Source: Podarcis melisellensis
Taxonomy: Eukaryota
Length of the DNA: 64,000 bases
Assembly: GCA_964234715.1 (NCBI GenBank)
Contig: OZ174279.1
Strand: one strand, 5' to 3'
Shown: piece after piece, positions 1-12,430 of the stretch
How positions within the stretch are numbered: the first letter of the stretch is position 1
Layout: every line of letters starts with the position of its first letter
Program-made: the position numbers and the translations under genes
Notes under the pieces: generated by a model
Databases searched by the model: none
Seen by the model: the letters and a program-made list of their open reading frames with translations, nothing else
Told to the model about the DNA's origin: nothing

Positions 1-80
1 CGGAGCTCTTGTGGATCTTCAGCAAGAGCACATGATTTGTGATAGAGATCCTCCATGCTAGGACTGGCCATGAGCATCAC
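1..80 (-). CDS. CCAR1: CCAR1 exon 12 (truncated by window edge)
   Basis: Acceptor cag|GTG at 81/80; translates VMLMASPSMEDLYHKSCALAEDPQELR, in phase 0 with exon 11. Confidence 0.95.
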   Translation of the reverse strand, partial: MMLMASPSMEDLYHKSCALAEDPQEL

Positions 81-622
81 CTGTTACAGTAATATGACAA
101 AAAAAAAAGACTAGACAACGTAACGAAGCTATGATTCAAAGCTTGGTATCTTACACTTAGCTGCTAAACTCAATAGGACTAGATTAATGCATAAAGTCAA
201 AAAAAGATACACCTATTTTGAAGGGTTAAATATCCAAAAATATCAATGAAATCATCACTTGATTTTAAATTTCTAACAGCATCTAACATGCCCAAAGCAC
301 AAAATAAGACTTGTCTAAATTAGCCTGCAAATCCAAAGCTTCTTGAATTGCCACATAGAGTTTGTTGCAATCTTGCCAAGATTTTATGCACACACAACAT
401 GAATCAAGGGACCAACTAAAGAATCCATGGAAAGATGTCACCCACTCTGGGGAAAAATAGTTGAAACCGAATCTGGTCCAACTGAGCTTACTGTTCAGTC
501 AAGATTTGCGACAAAGGTAACATCACTGGAAACCTATGCACAGAAGACAAAGGGAATCCCTTCAAAGAAGCATTTCCAAACATTTCTATGCAAGCAGGAA
601 TGATTTAGGTTGTTGGCCATAC

Positions 623-848
623 CTTTGCACTGTAAAGATGATCGGCATCTGGTGGATCCAGTACAGAAGTGTTCTTATCCAAAGGATCTACCTCTCTATG
701 CATTACATAGAAATTGCAGTAGTTTCCTAGCTGAAATGGTCTTGACATAGGAAATGCATCCACCCATGTAAACTGAGCATCAAAGAAGTCACTTGGGATG
801 TACAAGTTCTGATATCGCCGTCTCAGTTCCATCATATCACAGCTAAGG
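623..848 (-). CDS. CCAR1: CCAR1 exon 11 (226 nt)
   Basis: tttaaag|C...AAG|gtatgg; (C)LSCDMMELRRRYQNLYIPSDFFDAQFTWVDAFP...DADHLYSAK, CCAR1/DBC1 family sequence; overlaps ORF 605..835. Confidence 0.95.
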
Positions 849-1233
849 CTTTAAACAGTAAGAAAATATATTTTACAACAATTAAAAGAGCTGGGGCTTA
901 AAAGCAAATTTGTAGCAAGATGGAGAATGAGAACTGAGCTCAAACACTCTTTTTATAGTTTTGCTTCTACTTTTGACATCACTGAAAAGCAGCTCAGAGC
1001 CATTAGTGTCCACATCTTGGAAGAAAAATACAGTAACTTTATTTTGGGTAATTTTTTAAAAAAATTTTTTTGCTTGTTGAAACATTCTCTGAAACAGAAC
1101 ATGCAAATATTGAAACAAAAATCAAGACTCACAAAAGTTTGGTTCAGCCCTTTGTGGAAGCTAAGGTACTTTTTGTCATAGCCATTAAACTTTTATCAAG
1201 TATCAGAAATATAAAAAAATGTTTTAATCAGTT

Positions 1234-1264
1234 AACAAACAAACAAACAAACAAACAAACAAAC
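1234..1264. repeat. (AAAC)n microsatellite
   Basis: About 7 tandem AAAC units. Confidence 0.9.
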
Positions 1265-2034
1265 CCAACCAACACCATTTTTTGTTTTTAGGGTAAGTTG
1301 CTTCTCCAGAAGCTGTTGAACAGTTAGGCAGCTGTCAGAGTAAATGGAAATCACTATAGTCCAGCCCTGATCAGGCTTTAGCCGAGGTACAGACAGGTTG
1401 GGCAGAAACTCCTTGTTTTATCATGATAATCTTAAAGTACACTATTAAGGTGTATACCCTTAATGTATCATATAATAAGGTACCATAGATTTCTCAAAAT
1501 TCTATAGCCTATATCAGTCATGAAAATACTGCATTCCCTTCACATTTTCAAGCCTTTTTTCACCCCTTCAAGGGTTAGAAACATGTTCTTTCAAATTAAA
1601 GTTGAGATTCTGAAAGTACTGAATTCTGCACCCAACTTGCAACATTTTACAGATTAGCCAATGCTTTATTGCCAGGTAAACTGTTTCAGCTCTCCACTTT
1701 GCAACATATCTGGCTCCAAAATTCCTGCACAATGTCCACAGCCACCCCACACGCTTGTAAAAATGTATAATACAAAGAGGATCATTGTACAGTGGAAGGT
1801 TTAAAAAGTACATCTCCTTAATTTGCACAAAATATTCTGTCTACAGTGGATGGAGGTGGGTGGAGAAAAAACAACATTCAAGTAAAACTGAGTTACATTA
1901 AGTAACTTTAAAGTCAATAAAAATGAAGCTATGTTTCAATCTCTTGGATTTATTTAATGCATCCTTATTTTATGGCAGTAAGATACCTTCCACAGAAAAA
2001 TATGAAATTGCAATTTGACACCAAGATAACATAC

Positions 2035-2196
2035 CAGTCTAATGAGAACTTGGAAAACTGGACCGTGTAACGGGGTACAACACGTCGGGGTCTTCGGGGT
2101 GATCGTTCCCTCTCTCGCCGAGGTGATCTTTCTCTAGAGCGTTTTCTCTGGGGTGATCTTTCCCGTGACCTACGTCTCTCACGCTCCCTTTCACGA
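2035..2196 (-). CDS. CCAR1: CCAR1 exon 10 (162 nt), RE/RS-rich
   Basis: ttaag|T...CTG|gtatgt; RERERERRRSRERSPQRKRSRERSPRRERERSPRRPRRVVPRYTVQFSKFSLD; not in the ORF track. Confidence 0.95.
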
Positions 2197-2429
2197 CTTA
2201 ACCATGTGTGAAATATAAATGTCTTGTTTTAGCGTCTACCATTATGAACGCAGAGCTCACATGCCTATAACTCTAGAACCAACAGCAACAAACATCAAAA
2301 CATACAGAACTTCCATTCTCAAATCATCATTAACAAAACTGAACAGTACTTACATTCAGACTTCAAATACTTAAATTATTTGCTGTCTGTAATATGTACA
2401 GAAAATTGAGAGGAATTTTTGTATCACAC

Positions 2430-2559
2430 CTTCTGTCATCTTTTCTGTTAGCCATGGGGTCTCCTCTGTCATTTCGCCCCGAAAATCTGGGTGGTGGATC
2501 TAATCTCCGTGCTGGCTGAGGCTGTGAAACTATCCGAACAGGGGGCTGTAGCAAACCAG
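2430..2559 (-). CDS. CCAR1: CCAR1 exon 9 (130 nt)
   Basis: ctcctag|C...AAG|gtgtga; GLLQPPVRIVSQPQPARRLDPPPRFSGRNDRGDPMANRKDDR. Confidence 0.95.
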
Positions 2560-4627
2560 CTAGGAGGGGGGGAAAAGCCCACAAGTTCTTAAGAATTTCA
2601 TATCAGTAAGCAAATTATAACACAAAAATGTAGCTTATTTGTTGGACTATCCGTTTTCATGCTTTTTAATAGCGTAGAACATTTGCTCATTTGTTTTGCA
2701 GAAATGAATGTGGCAGCAATCCAACAATCATCTAATAACAATAGGCAACATAAGGTTTCTCATATTTAATCCAATGGGATGCATTCAGTTAACTCTTCAA
2801 ATTATATAGGCAAGATGATGAATTTTTCTTCCTCAATGCAAGCCTCATCATACTGGGTTATGCAGCTAGTTTCACTTTAACAGAATTCAAGGGGAGGGAC
2901 ACAACTCTGAACAAAATGGTTCAAGAGAACATTATATTGATTGAATGTTTTAAACCTACATTACTCAGAAAATATTAACATGCTGGAAGATTTTGACTCA
3001 ACCATTCAGTTTCCAGCAATGTGGGGTGTAAATCAGTGTCCATTTCAACAAAATACTGCTCTTGGTGTTTATTCTGAAGGCCAGTCCTCATTTTGAGGCT
3101 GTTTGTCCATCACATGCTCCCTGCTTAACACTTCTCAATATCTGATAGGGAAGCAAGTGCACGTAATCAGGCAGTGACTACATGCTGGAGAGTCACTGCT
3201 AATTAGTAAGCATCCAGAGACATGCAGCTTGCCCTCAAGCATTACAGTTGTTCACAAGAACACACAAGATGGGGGGAAAGGGTCACAAATAATTGCCAAG
3301 TAGTCTGAACTGGCCCTCAAATCATCAACAATCTATCATTTCTGTTGCTATAACTCCACAATGATTGCCTCATTAAGCACTGTGAGAGGGCAATGCCATA
3401 AACTACAACATGAACAACAGATAGAGGTTACTCTCATCAACTGGGCAATCCACAGTTCTCTGCAGCAAAGAAAAAGAGGTCTAGATTTGACTCAAGCTGT
3501 AGAAAAGAAGACTGAGCAACAGTACTCAAGAAAATGTCTACCAGAGCATATAACAGCATGCAATTGTGCCAGATGTCACACAACAGGATGAGACTCAGAA
3601 ATAGTGCAAGCAAATACAAAGTCCACAGAGCAGAAGGAGGCCTAAGAAAGAACATGCGGGCAAAACAGATTTAAAACCAAACCAAACAAGGTAACTTCCC
3701 CTTAGTTCAGATTGTTCAAGTAAAGTCCAAAACATCAACAGTTTCTATGTAGACACTAAACAGGTTCTCTTGAAAGTTAAGGCTCTATATGAATGACACC
3801 CATCTTTTTTATTTACCTCTTCAGAAACCACAGAACTAGTCAATTTACCAGCCCTAATGCCAACCTATTTTACGCAAAAAGTAACCACAAAGTGATTATG
3901 AATTCTGGTCTTACGTTTTTTTAGAGGTACCTTGTTCTTAATGGAGGCTCGTAGAGGGGCTCATTTTTATTCTTTAGAAGGATGAAGCATGGTATTCTAC
4001 AGCTGATGTTAAAATGCATATATATTATGGATACTAACAGGCAACACAAAGTTTAGACTATAGTTATAAACAAAATCATAGCATATCCACGGAGAACCTT
4101 GATTACAAAATGTGTGGCTGGGTTCTACATTCCAATGCTATAATAAACCAGTTTAACATTATGAGAATGTGCTATGGTGAATGTCAGGTTTATGAGCTAC
4201 ATTCCCACCTTTTGCACACAAGGCTTCCTGTTGCAGTTTGCAACAAGGCAGTTTCCCATTTAATCTGAATATGGGAATGTGTGGTTTATACATATCATAG
4301 CTAGTTAAATGAGAATTGAACTTGGTTAAATAACCATGGTTTGTATAAGCAGTTTTCCATACTGGGATAAAATTGGAAATTGTGGTTACAAACAGCAATT
4401 GGAAGCTTTAACAACTATACCCTGCGTGTGCGGGAATACGCAAGCCTGAAGTTCCCATCACAACAAATCATGGTTTGTTCTGACTTCGGAATGCAGCATC
4501 TCTCTTGCACTTCAGCTACAAGGTAAACTGAAGACCATATAGCCTTGATACTATTCAGTCAGTTATATTCTTCTACATTTTTTTTTTAAAGAAAACATCC
4601 AATATATGTCAAGTATTGAAGAAATAC

Positions 4628-4820
4628 CTTTCTGCTGTGGCTGTTGTAACAAAGGCTGTGGTTGTGTCTGAAGCAAAGGTGTAATAGAAGCCGCTGATAT
4701 CTGTGCCTGTAGCAGCGACTGTGGCTGCGGCTGTGGCTGCACACTGAATGCAGTCTGCTGTGCAATAGGCTGAAGTACAGGTGGAGGAGTCTTAAGTAAA
4801 GGCTGGGTTTGAGTCTGGTT
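4628..4820 (-). CDS. CCAR1: CCAR1 exon 8 (193 nt), Q/P-rich
   Basis: cattag|AAC...AAG|gtattt; NQTQTQPLLKTPPPVLQPIAQQTAFSVQPQPQPQSLLQAQISAASITPLLQTQPQPLLQQPQQK. Confidence 0.95.
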
Positions 4821-4906
4821 CTAATGAGGAAGAAAAAGGGAACAACTTGTGAATCAGCTTTACACTAAAGGTGCCGACAAGAGTCAGACTGAGTGGCTGT
4901 ATATAC

Positions 4907-5021
4907 CTGATTTGGTAGAGTCTGAATTCTCTGCGCATTCCATTTGAAAGGCATATTAGGGTTATATGTTGCTTCTACCAAAACTCTGTCTCCTACTTGA
5001 GGACTCTTCCCTTTCACAGCA
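4907..5021 (-). CDS. CCAR1: CCAR1 exon 7 (115 nt), second half of S1-like domain
   Basis: ttgcag|T...CAG|gtatat; AVKGKSPQVGDRVLVEATYNPNMPFKWNAQRIQTLPNQ. Confidence 0.95.
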
Positions 5022-5152
5022 CTGCAAAATGAAAAGAGTCGCATGATTAGATGTCACACTACCATATTTCTCGATAAACTTCTTTCTCTATATTATTTCT
5101 CATGCATTTTATCAGGATCACCACTTGTCCACGTATGGTAAAATTAAGTTAC

Positions 5153-5346
5153 CTGAGCTGGAAGAATACATCTTCATCCACAAAACCAAACGTGTCATGT
5201 AGCTTTGTAACTACTCCAGTAAAGACACGCTGCTTCTGTGGTTGGCTCTGCTGCTGACTTGAGCGAGGTGCTGGATAAGAAACAGTTATCTGTGCTGCTG
5301 GCTGAGGGGTAGACAGGCTAAGGCTTGTTGGCAGTGCCACAGCTGG
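5153..5346 (-). CDS. CCAR1: CCAR1 exon 6 (194 nt), start of S1-like domain
   Basis: cgcag|CCA...CAG|gtaact; PAVALPTSLSLSTPQP...QRVFTGVVTKLHDTFGFVDEDVFFQL. Confidence 0.96.
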
Positions 5347-6259
5347 CTGCGTGCAAAATAAAACATGAAATTATGTAAGCACTGACAATCTTCTAAATAA
5401 TGTAGCTGAAATAATTATAATAATAATTTGTATTTTTTCAATTTATTACCCATTCTTCACCATCAGGTCCCAACAATTTAAAATTCAATATTTAAAATGT
5501 TTTTTAAAATTACATCCATAGGAATAGGGTGGGTTCTGAAAACATGTCTCAGGTGTCAAAGGCCACACACTCTGAAAAATTATTTTGAACTAAAGTTGCA
5601 TTGTACAAAGTGCAAAAAACTATACCTTTTTACATTGGGGGAGAAAAAAACAGATAAACCTTGATTTTTCTCCTATCAAACTGCAGTTGCACAAGCTGGT
5701 TCAACCAATATATCAAAACCCCACCTGCTTATTATGGTGGCCATTTCTTCCAAATCATTTCCTCAAACTGTAGGCTTATTTGTATTTCTATAAAAATAAC
5801 CTCAAACATGAAAACTGTAAATGCACATCAGAACACAGAAATGCCTTCAGACTAGCACCAATCATGATCTGGAAGCAGAGATTGTTTTTCAGTTGCTATG
5901 TAATCAATGTTTTCCAAGAACATTTCCAGATTTTGAATTTTGCTTCTATTATTTAATTTGTGTCAATTATCTTTTCGGCAACCTATTCTTTCCTATGCTA
6001 TATTTTGACCTCCCTAAAGTGGTTATGCACATTGAAACATGTTTACAACGTTTTCTGAAAGACTAGCACACAGACAAAAATATGAATGAATATCTTACAT
6101 TGCTGCAAAATGTTTCATAATTTTCAAGTGCAATATAGGCTGCCTTGCGGGGGGGACGGGACGGGACTGTACATACCTTTTGTCCACTACTTTTTATGAA
6201 CATAAAATAATTACTTTCCTATTCTAAGAAAAATCTCTTCAAATATCTGTATACTACTT

Positions 6260-6352
6260 ACAGCACAATCCTATGCAGATTTACTTAGAAGTAAATTTCA
6301 TCATATTCAATAGAGATTACTTCCTAGTAAGTGTGCACAGAATGGCAGCCTA
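6260..6352. repeat. ~90-bp imperfect palindromic interspersed repeat
   Basis: CACAATCCTATGCA..TTAC..AGTAA..TTACTTCCTAGTAAGTGTGCACAGAATGGCAGCC; relatives at ~17125-17560, ~26530-26620 and ~32840-32905. Confidence 0.65.
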
Positions 6353-6682
6353 AGTTTCTAGTCTTAACCATTGGTGTAAATATCTAAAAACTTTAAAGCA
6401 TCAACAGAAGTCTAAGAGAAAATATGCATTAGAAATACCCCTTCTAATGACATGAAATTAATATCTCTCTATAACAGTAGAACTACAAGGGCACGTCTAT
6501 TTTGGCTTGGGAGGGGGAGGTAATCAAAGGGATAAAGAGCACATTGGACTGAACTACCAGTTGTCTGTATTACATGAGACATAATAAAGGTCCCATTATG
6601 TTTAAAACTTTAAACAAAAGCAGAGCTGACAAGTGCACAGGCAAATTTATTATACAGTGATGAAAGCTTTAATAAAACTAAC

Positions 6683-6715
6683 CTGGGTTAGAAGAGTTTG
6701 CTGAGGTTGCTGCAA
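6683..6715 (-). CDS. CCAR1: CCAR1 exon 5 (33-nt microexon)
   Basis: tttttaag|TTG...CAG|gttagt; LQQPQQTLLTQ, phase 0-0. Confidence 0.9.
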
Positions 6716-7053
6716 CTTAAAAAATACAAGACCATGAATTACTTTTTATGCTTTGTGCAAGTCCAGCTTCCTCTTTAGCCATATTTAGCTTTGAGAACTA
6801 GCTGCAAAATGTTTTCATGATTGCCTATACCTGCATTCTAGGATATTATTTATCTATACAATAGCTGCTCTTTATGCAGTTTTGGCCAACACTTAGCTTT
6901 CCACTCTTGCAGTAGTCCAAACTCACTTTGTGCTAGGCTCAGAGGGGATGAATTAGGTGGTGTCCCTCTGCTCAGCAATACTGGTCTTCCACTGGCTGCC
7001 ACCACCAGGAGGACAGAAGCATCACTTTGCTGCCAGAATGGGTGTATGGAAGG

Positions 7054-7229
7054 AACGGTGTTTCCGTGCGCTGCTCTGGTTCGCCAGAAGCGGCTTAGTC
7101 ATGCTGCCCACATGACCTGGAAGCTGTCTGCGGACTAAGGCCAGCTCCCTCGGCCTATAGAGCGAGATGAGTGCACAACCCCAGAGACGTCCGCGACTGG
7201 ACCTAGCGGTTAGGGGTACCTTTACCTTT
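7054..7229 (+). mobile_element. Sauria SINE, 5'-truncated
   Basis: Matches the 3' half of the copy at 21567; ends GGGGTACCTTTACCTTT. Confidence 0.85.
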
Positions 7230-8247
7230 TACTAGCATAACCCCCACCAGCAGGAGCCAGCCGAAGGTCCCAAATTGGAGTATTCTGGAGGTGGGGTGGG
7301 CTGAGCTGGCCCAGGGTATGTTGGATCCTGAGCAGATATCATTACCATTGTGTGATGGCATCAGGCTGCGTCAAGTTCAGGCTCCTGCAGCTATCACCCT
7401 ACTCCCACAACTTTTGCCCTGGCATGGTAGGGCTGTGGATACAGCAGTGGCTCCACAACTCCATAAAACCACACAGACCAGTGGCTGGGGTTTGGAATTT
7501 TCCCTTTTATGTAATACGGGATGAATCAAGACTAAAAATGGCAATGGCAGCGCAATATCGCCATGTATCAACAGCAGATGTCTATTGTCCAAAGATGAGT
7601 CCTTGAAAGCACATTTTCCAACACCACCGATATAGTTATCCCATCCACAAATTCTAGATTATAATGTGCCTCTATTTTGTGGCTCATTCTGAATTGCCCC
7701 AGTGGCGGAGGTTCAGGGGGAAGATGTGATACAAAGGATAAGGCAAGACCAATCCTCCCCCTTCTTAGTATCCAGGACAATATATGAGGGTTGGGGTACA
7801 TCCACTTCCCTCATTGCCATACTCAGACCAACTTCAGTCTCATTACTCTTCTCAAAGAACCCAGCAAATGAAGCTTTTTTTTGACAACAATATAGATCAG
7901 TTTCATCACAGCAGAAAAACAGTTTCCAAGATGCCTTAGTTAAGTCACTACGGTTCTGTAGAGATTCAAATATAAGGGCACAGCAATTTGCACACATAGG
8001 GTTGCATATCACACTGCATTTGCAGAGATCTGCTCACACAGTGAGACTTTCCCTTCCTCTTCCTCTCCCCACATGTCCTCAGAATCTGCTCTGAAATGTC
8101 TTTCAACCCTCTGGAGCAGATTCTGAGGTTGTGGGCTGGGGAGGCTGAAAGAGATAAGAGGGGAAAGTTCCATTGAGCAAGCAGAAGTCTGCGGTTGGAT
8201 ACAACCCACTATGAGAAGGTAGCTATTTGGGTGGGGAACATATGCTG

Positions 8248-8266
8248 GTGTGTGTGTGTGTGTGTA

Positions 8267-8328
<62 letters not shown>

Positions 8329-8343
8329 AGTGTGTGTGTGTGT
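8248..8343. repeat. Compound (TG)n(AG)n(TG)n microsatellite
   Basis: Directly visible. Confidence 0.95.
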
Positions 8344-8684
8344 TTTAAAAAATGTACATGGTCTTACAATTTGTTAGCATATATTGAAATTGCTCAGTCT
8401 GATGTGACACTGGGAGGAGGAATATAAGACTTCATTGTTGAATCCTCCGCCACGTTATGAGTGTTGGAGGATATGTTAAAGTGAAGCTACGTTAAGTAGG
8501 GAGGTATATTGGTGGACAAATGGTTTTACATGTCAGTTAATGTGAACATTTCAATCATTTCTGTATTTAATGACATAAAACTAAAATACATTTTTGGGCT
8601 ATCATCCAGAACTGGAAGACTATGGACCAATTCAGACTGAGCAAATAAGAGACTGACAATATGCACACAAAGAGGTGAACAAAC

Positions 8685-8729
8685 CTGCTGTTGTACACTA
8701 TAGAGGGTCTGCTGTGGTTGTGAATATTG
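8685..8729 (-). CDS. CCAR1: CCAR1 exon 4 (45 nt)
   Basis: tttttcag|CAA...CAG|gtttgt; QYSQPQQTLYSVQQQ, phase 0-0. Confidence 0.92.
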
Positions 8730-10288
8730 CTGAAAAACAGAATCAGAATTGATAGCTAGACAGTACTCCAAAAAGATATATCTGTATACTACAATCTCAG
8801 AGAAATGTAAATATGGCAAAACCAAACTGTAGAAATAAAGTTTAAGACAAAAAAGACGATACTTGCATTTCTATTATTTCATCAGCTGAACAAAACAGTA
8901 TTGTATCTTCTCTGAAAAGCATTTATTGTTTTTTAAAAATCAGTCTAGATATTACAACATGAACTAAATTAACGAATGCCGAGTACAATCTGCTATGAAA
9001 TATCCATAAGCAAGCCTTAATGAAATGAACAGGAGCTTCGCAAGATCACAACACCCAGTTATGCCAGCTGCAGATTAAATATTCTAGTTCATTAACACAT
9101 CCTAGTTTGACCTAATTTGGGTTAAACCACAGGGGACAGATATGCTGCAATGATTTTATTAGTGGCAAGCAAAAGGAGCCCTGCATGAACCTTTTCACCC
9201 CCTGTGAAGAGTGCCCCCTACTTTTCTGCAATTTTCACACCACTTTGCAAATATGTGAAGGTGAATTAGGCCAACACTCCTTCACTCAAATCTATTTGCT
9301 GTTTGCTAGTTATAAGAGAATGTCCACACATTTGGAAATACATCCCATTGAAAACAGTGGCAAGGACAACATCTGCATACAGCTGCAGTTGATCTACACT
9401 ACAGTATCAATAGGATGCACATTCTCATCTATATTCTGTTGCAACTGGTCACACATAACTATGAAAGGTGGGGTACAAATTTAATATATAAATAGAACTG
9501 GATCAGGACACAAGTCATTGCTTGCCAGTACTGTGCATCAAGAAATCACCAGCATCGTTTGGCTGGGAACATCAGACTAATTGCTTTCGCAACAGGCAAA
9601 TGTTTCTTCTTTTCCTCAATAATAAAAGCAATGTGAGGGCTGTGGTACTTTCAGTGACATCATCACGTAGCCAAATCCAATCATGTTGCTATAGTGAAGA
9701 TCATACTGTGAGGAACGAAATTATGCTATACCAGCAGCATATGTTTGAGAGTTTTGTATAAAGTGACTAACAAATAATAATAACCACCATGAACATACTT
9801 AAGAACTAGGGAAAGCCACTAAGGGGTACGTGAATGTGTTTAGGTACTTGCCAAATCCCTTGAAAACCTACCTTTCTCCAAAAATGTTTTAAGCATTAAA
9901 ATCTGATGCATCACTAGTTTTTACTCTAGTTTACAGAATTGTGATTTAGTGTTTTATTAGCTTTTCCAACGTCTTTTTCGGCATTGTTAGAGAAAGACAC
10001 TAACAAATAACATTTGTCCCTACTAAAAAGATTTCCCTATTTCTGAGGGTATGTGATATTTTGAGAACACCAAACAGAGGCTCAGTGTAATTACGACAAG
10101 AAAGCCCTAGACATGACAGACTACACAAAAACTATATAGCATTCAGTATCTAAACAATAGTAAAATCATTTTACAAATAAAAATCTCAAAGCAGATTATA
10201 AAGTTTATCTGGACCTCGGCTTGTTTTACTGAAGTTGCCACTCACTGGCTGCACAAAAATAGGAGTCAGCAAATGCAGTTCCATTTAC

Positions 10289-10461
10289 CTGCTGTAATGC
10301 GGCTGCTGCAGCTGCAGCTTGCTGTTGTAAAGCAGCTGTCTGACTGAGTTGATAGTTTGTTGGTGTCTGAGTACTGAGGCCTGCTGCTGCTAATGCAGTT
10401 TGTTGTGTATATATTGTAGGAGATGCTCCAAGTAAGGATGGTTGCTGAACACCAAGAGCAG
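10289..10461 (-). CDS. CCAR1: CCAR1 exon 3 (173 nt)
   Basis: ttttcag|CT...CAG|gtaaat; ALGVQQPSLLGASPTIYTQQTALAAAGLSTQTPTNYQLSQTAALQQQAAAAAAALQQ. Confidence 0.95.
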
Positions 10462-12357
10462 CTGAAAATGTAGGATTTAAGCATTAGGACATCTTAGTTT
10501 GGGGTGGGTGGGTAGTACAGTCTCATCATGGTCAAACATGGGGTTTAACAGCACTAAGGATTTCCTCCTGTAAGTCAAAGCTTGTGGGGAAATGGCTCTT
10601 CCTTGCACCCCAATATACAGCACATGCACTTTTTATATAGGAGCTGCTGTTCAAATGCAGAAAAGGTTCAACTTTACTTTAGTTTAGAGCCAAAGAATAT
10701 TATAGCTCATGTTTACTACATGTGGCTTAACACACACTTGGCAGGATAGATCCAAAGCAACAAATCAATGGAGTCTTCAGCAACTCTTCACTTGGAACAT
10801 AAAACTGAGAGCAATAATAAAAACCTAGCCTTAAAGCTAATAGGTATATTCAGTTATAGGAAATTAAGGATGGAGTATGCTTTATGCCAAGACTTCTTGG
10901 TGTGCCAGATCACAGGCCATTTTCAAACCACATTGCAGACTTAATGATCTGATGCTAAATATAGATGAATTCTGGATCTTTTGAAAGCCAACATTTTGAG
11001 GAAAATAAATGCAATACTGGCTGATATATCAAACTGTAACTTAACCATTTAAAGATATAATGTGCTACTTAACAATTAACAAAGCAGTGTATGATATAAA
11101 TCATTCTGCATTTATTCAAACAATTGTTACAAAATATATGTAGAATAAAAATGGAGCTGAAAACTGATGCACCATAAGAGTATGCAAGCACCTGCTATTG
11201 CCAGCTAATAGATGCAGCAGGGGAGAGGGAAGAAGAGAAACTATAACATGGTAAATAACATGGTATATTATTTGGACTTAGTATCAGCATCTAGGCCTCA
11301 TCATGATCATGGAAGAGGTGCTGCACATGCTTAGAGGGGAAAGCCCAGAAATAATTATGCAATTAACAATTTCATTTCATTTCTGGCCTCACAGTTAAAA
11401 CTGCTCATTCTCAAATTTTACTGGTCCTTCAAGCTTCTGTATTTTAAACTTCATTCAATTTTATTTCCATTATACCTAAGGGCACCAACAGAAAGCAACA
11501 TATTATTTGTAAAGTGACCATATATTAGACAAATTCTGATATGTTCAGCTAAGCATTCTTAGCCTTGAACTTCATGCTCCAAACTCTTAAACACTTACAG
11601 AAACTTTGAAAACAGAGTTGGAAAAATACCAGCTGAAGGCCCAAGTCTGTCAAAATTATCAGGTTCTTCCCTTTTAAGCAGCAAAAAAACCACCTTGGGA
11701 ACAAGGAAGAAAACCATGCTTCTGAAGAAATGTAGCATTCCTGTTTTAATAACTTGTCTGAATGTGGTATACTGCAAAGCATAGTTGGCTCAACAACTAA
11801 CAAAATATGCTACTTACTATTTCAAGCTAAATCCAGTCTCTGTATAACAGGGGCACCAATATGTATTCAAAGCATGATGTATTCAAAGCAAATTTCCTGC
11901 CCTTTTCATATAAACACAATGCTACATTTAAGAATTGCTGAGTTTTAGGGATGTCACCTAGATAAAATTATTAAATCCACATATATATGCATATGAAAAA
12001 TAAATACTACTAAAGAAAAGAGCACACCATCTTTATGATAATGCATATGTGTGTGGCAAAATCTTAGAAGAAGCATTCCTCATCTGTCACATCAGAATAA
12101 ATTATTCATTTAAGGTGTTTGATGGCATGCATTTTTAATGAACTTATTAAAAAAATTTTTTTAAATAGTTCTGCTAATTAAACAGGATCACCTTGTTGGC
12201 TGGACAAAGCATTTTAATCAATCCAATTTATCAATTAAAACCCTTTGAACTTTTTATTTTATTTTGGTTTCCTCTGACAAAAAGTATGAAACCTTGAAGA
12301 ATGTCAGATTGAAGCTAAGGCAGTAGTTACTGGTTAAAAAGAAATATAAACGCTGAC

Positions 12358-12430
12358 CTGGCTGAGATACTGCAGTGGCTGTAAACTGGGTAGCCCAAGG
12401 GGGATTCTTCTGTCCTCCAAACTGAGCCAT
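12358..12430 (-). CDS. CCAR1: CCAR1 first coding segment (exon 2 spans 12358-12478; ATG at 12430)
   Basis: Kozak GCCATGG; MAQFGGQKNPPWATQFTATAVSQP; donor CAG|gtcagc; acceptor tgatag|GTC at 12479/12478. Confidence 0.96.

Noticed and set aside
3437-3655. Hydrophobic 72-aa ORF as a membrane micropeptide
   Set aside because: Hydrophobicity is explained by T/G-rich strand composition; no other support
9572-9667. Possible C/D snoRNA (GTGATGA...CTGA, minus strand) in CCAR1 intron 3
   Set aside because: No terminal stem or recognisable guide; the snoRNA I recall in CCAR1 (SNORD98) should lie in an intron beyond the left edge
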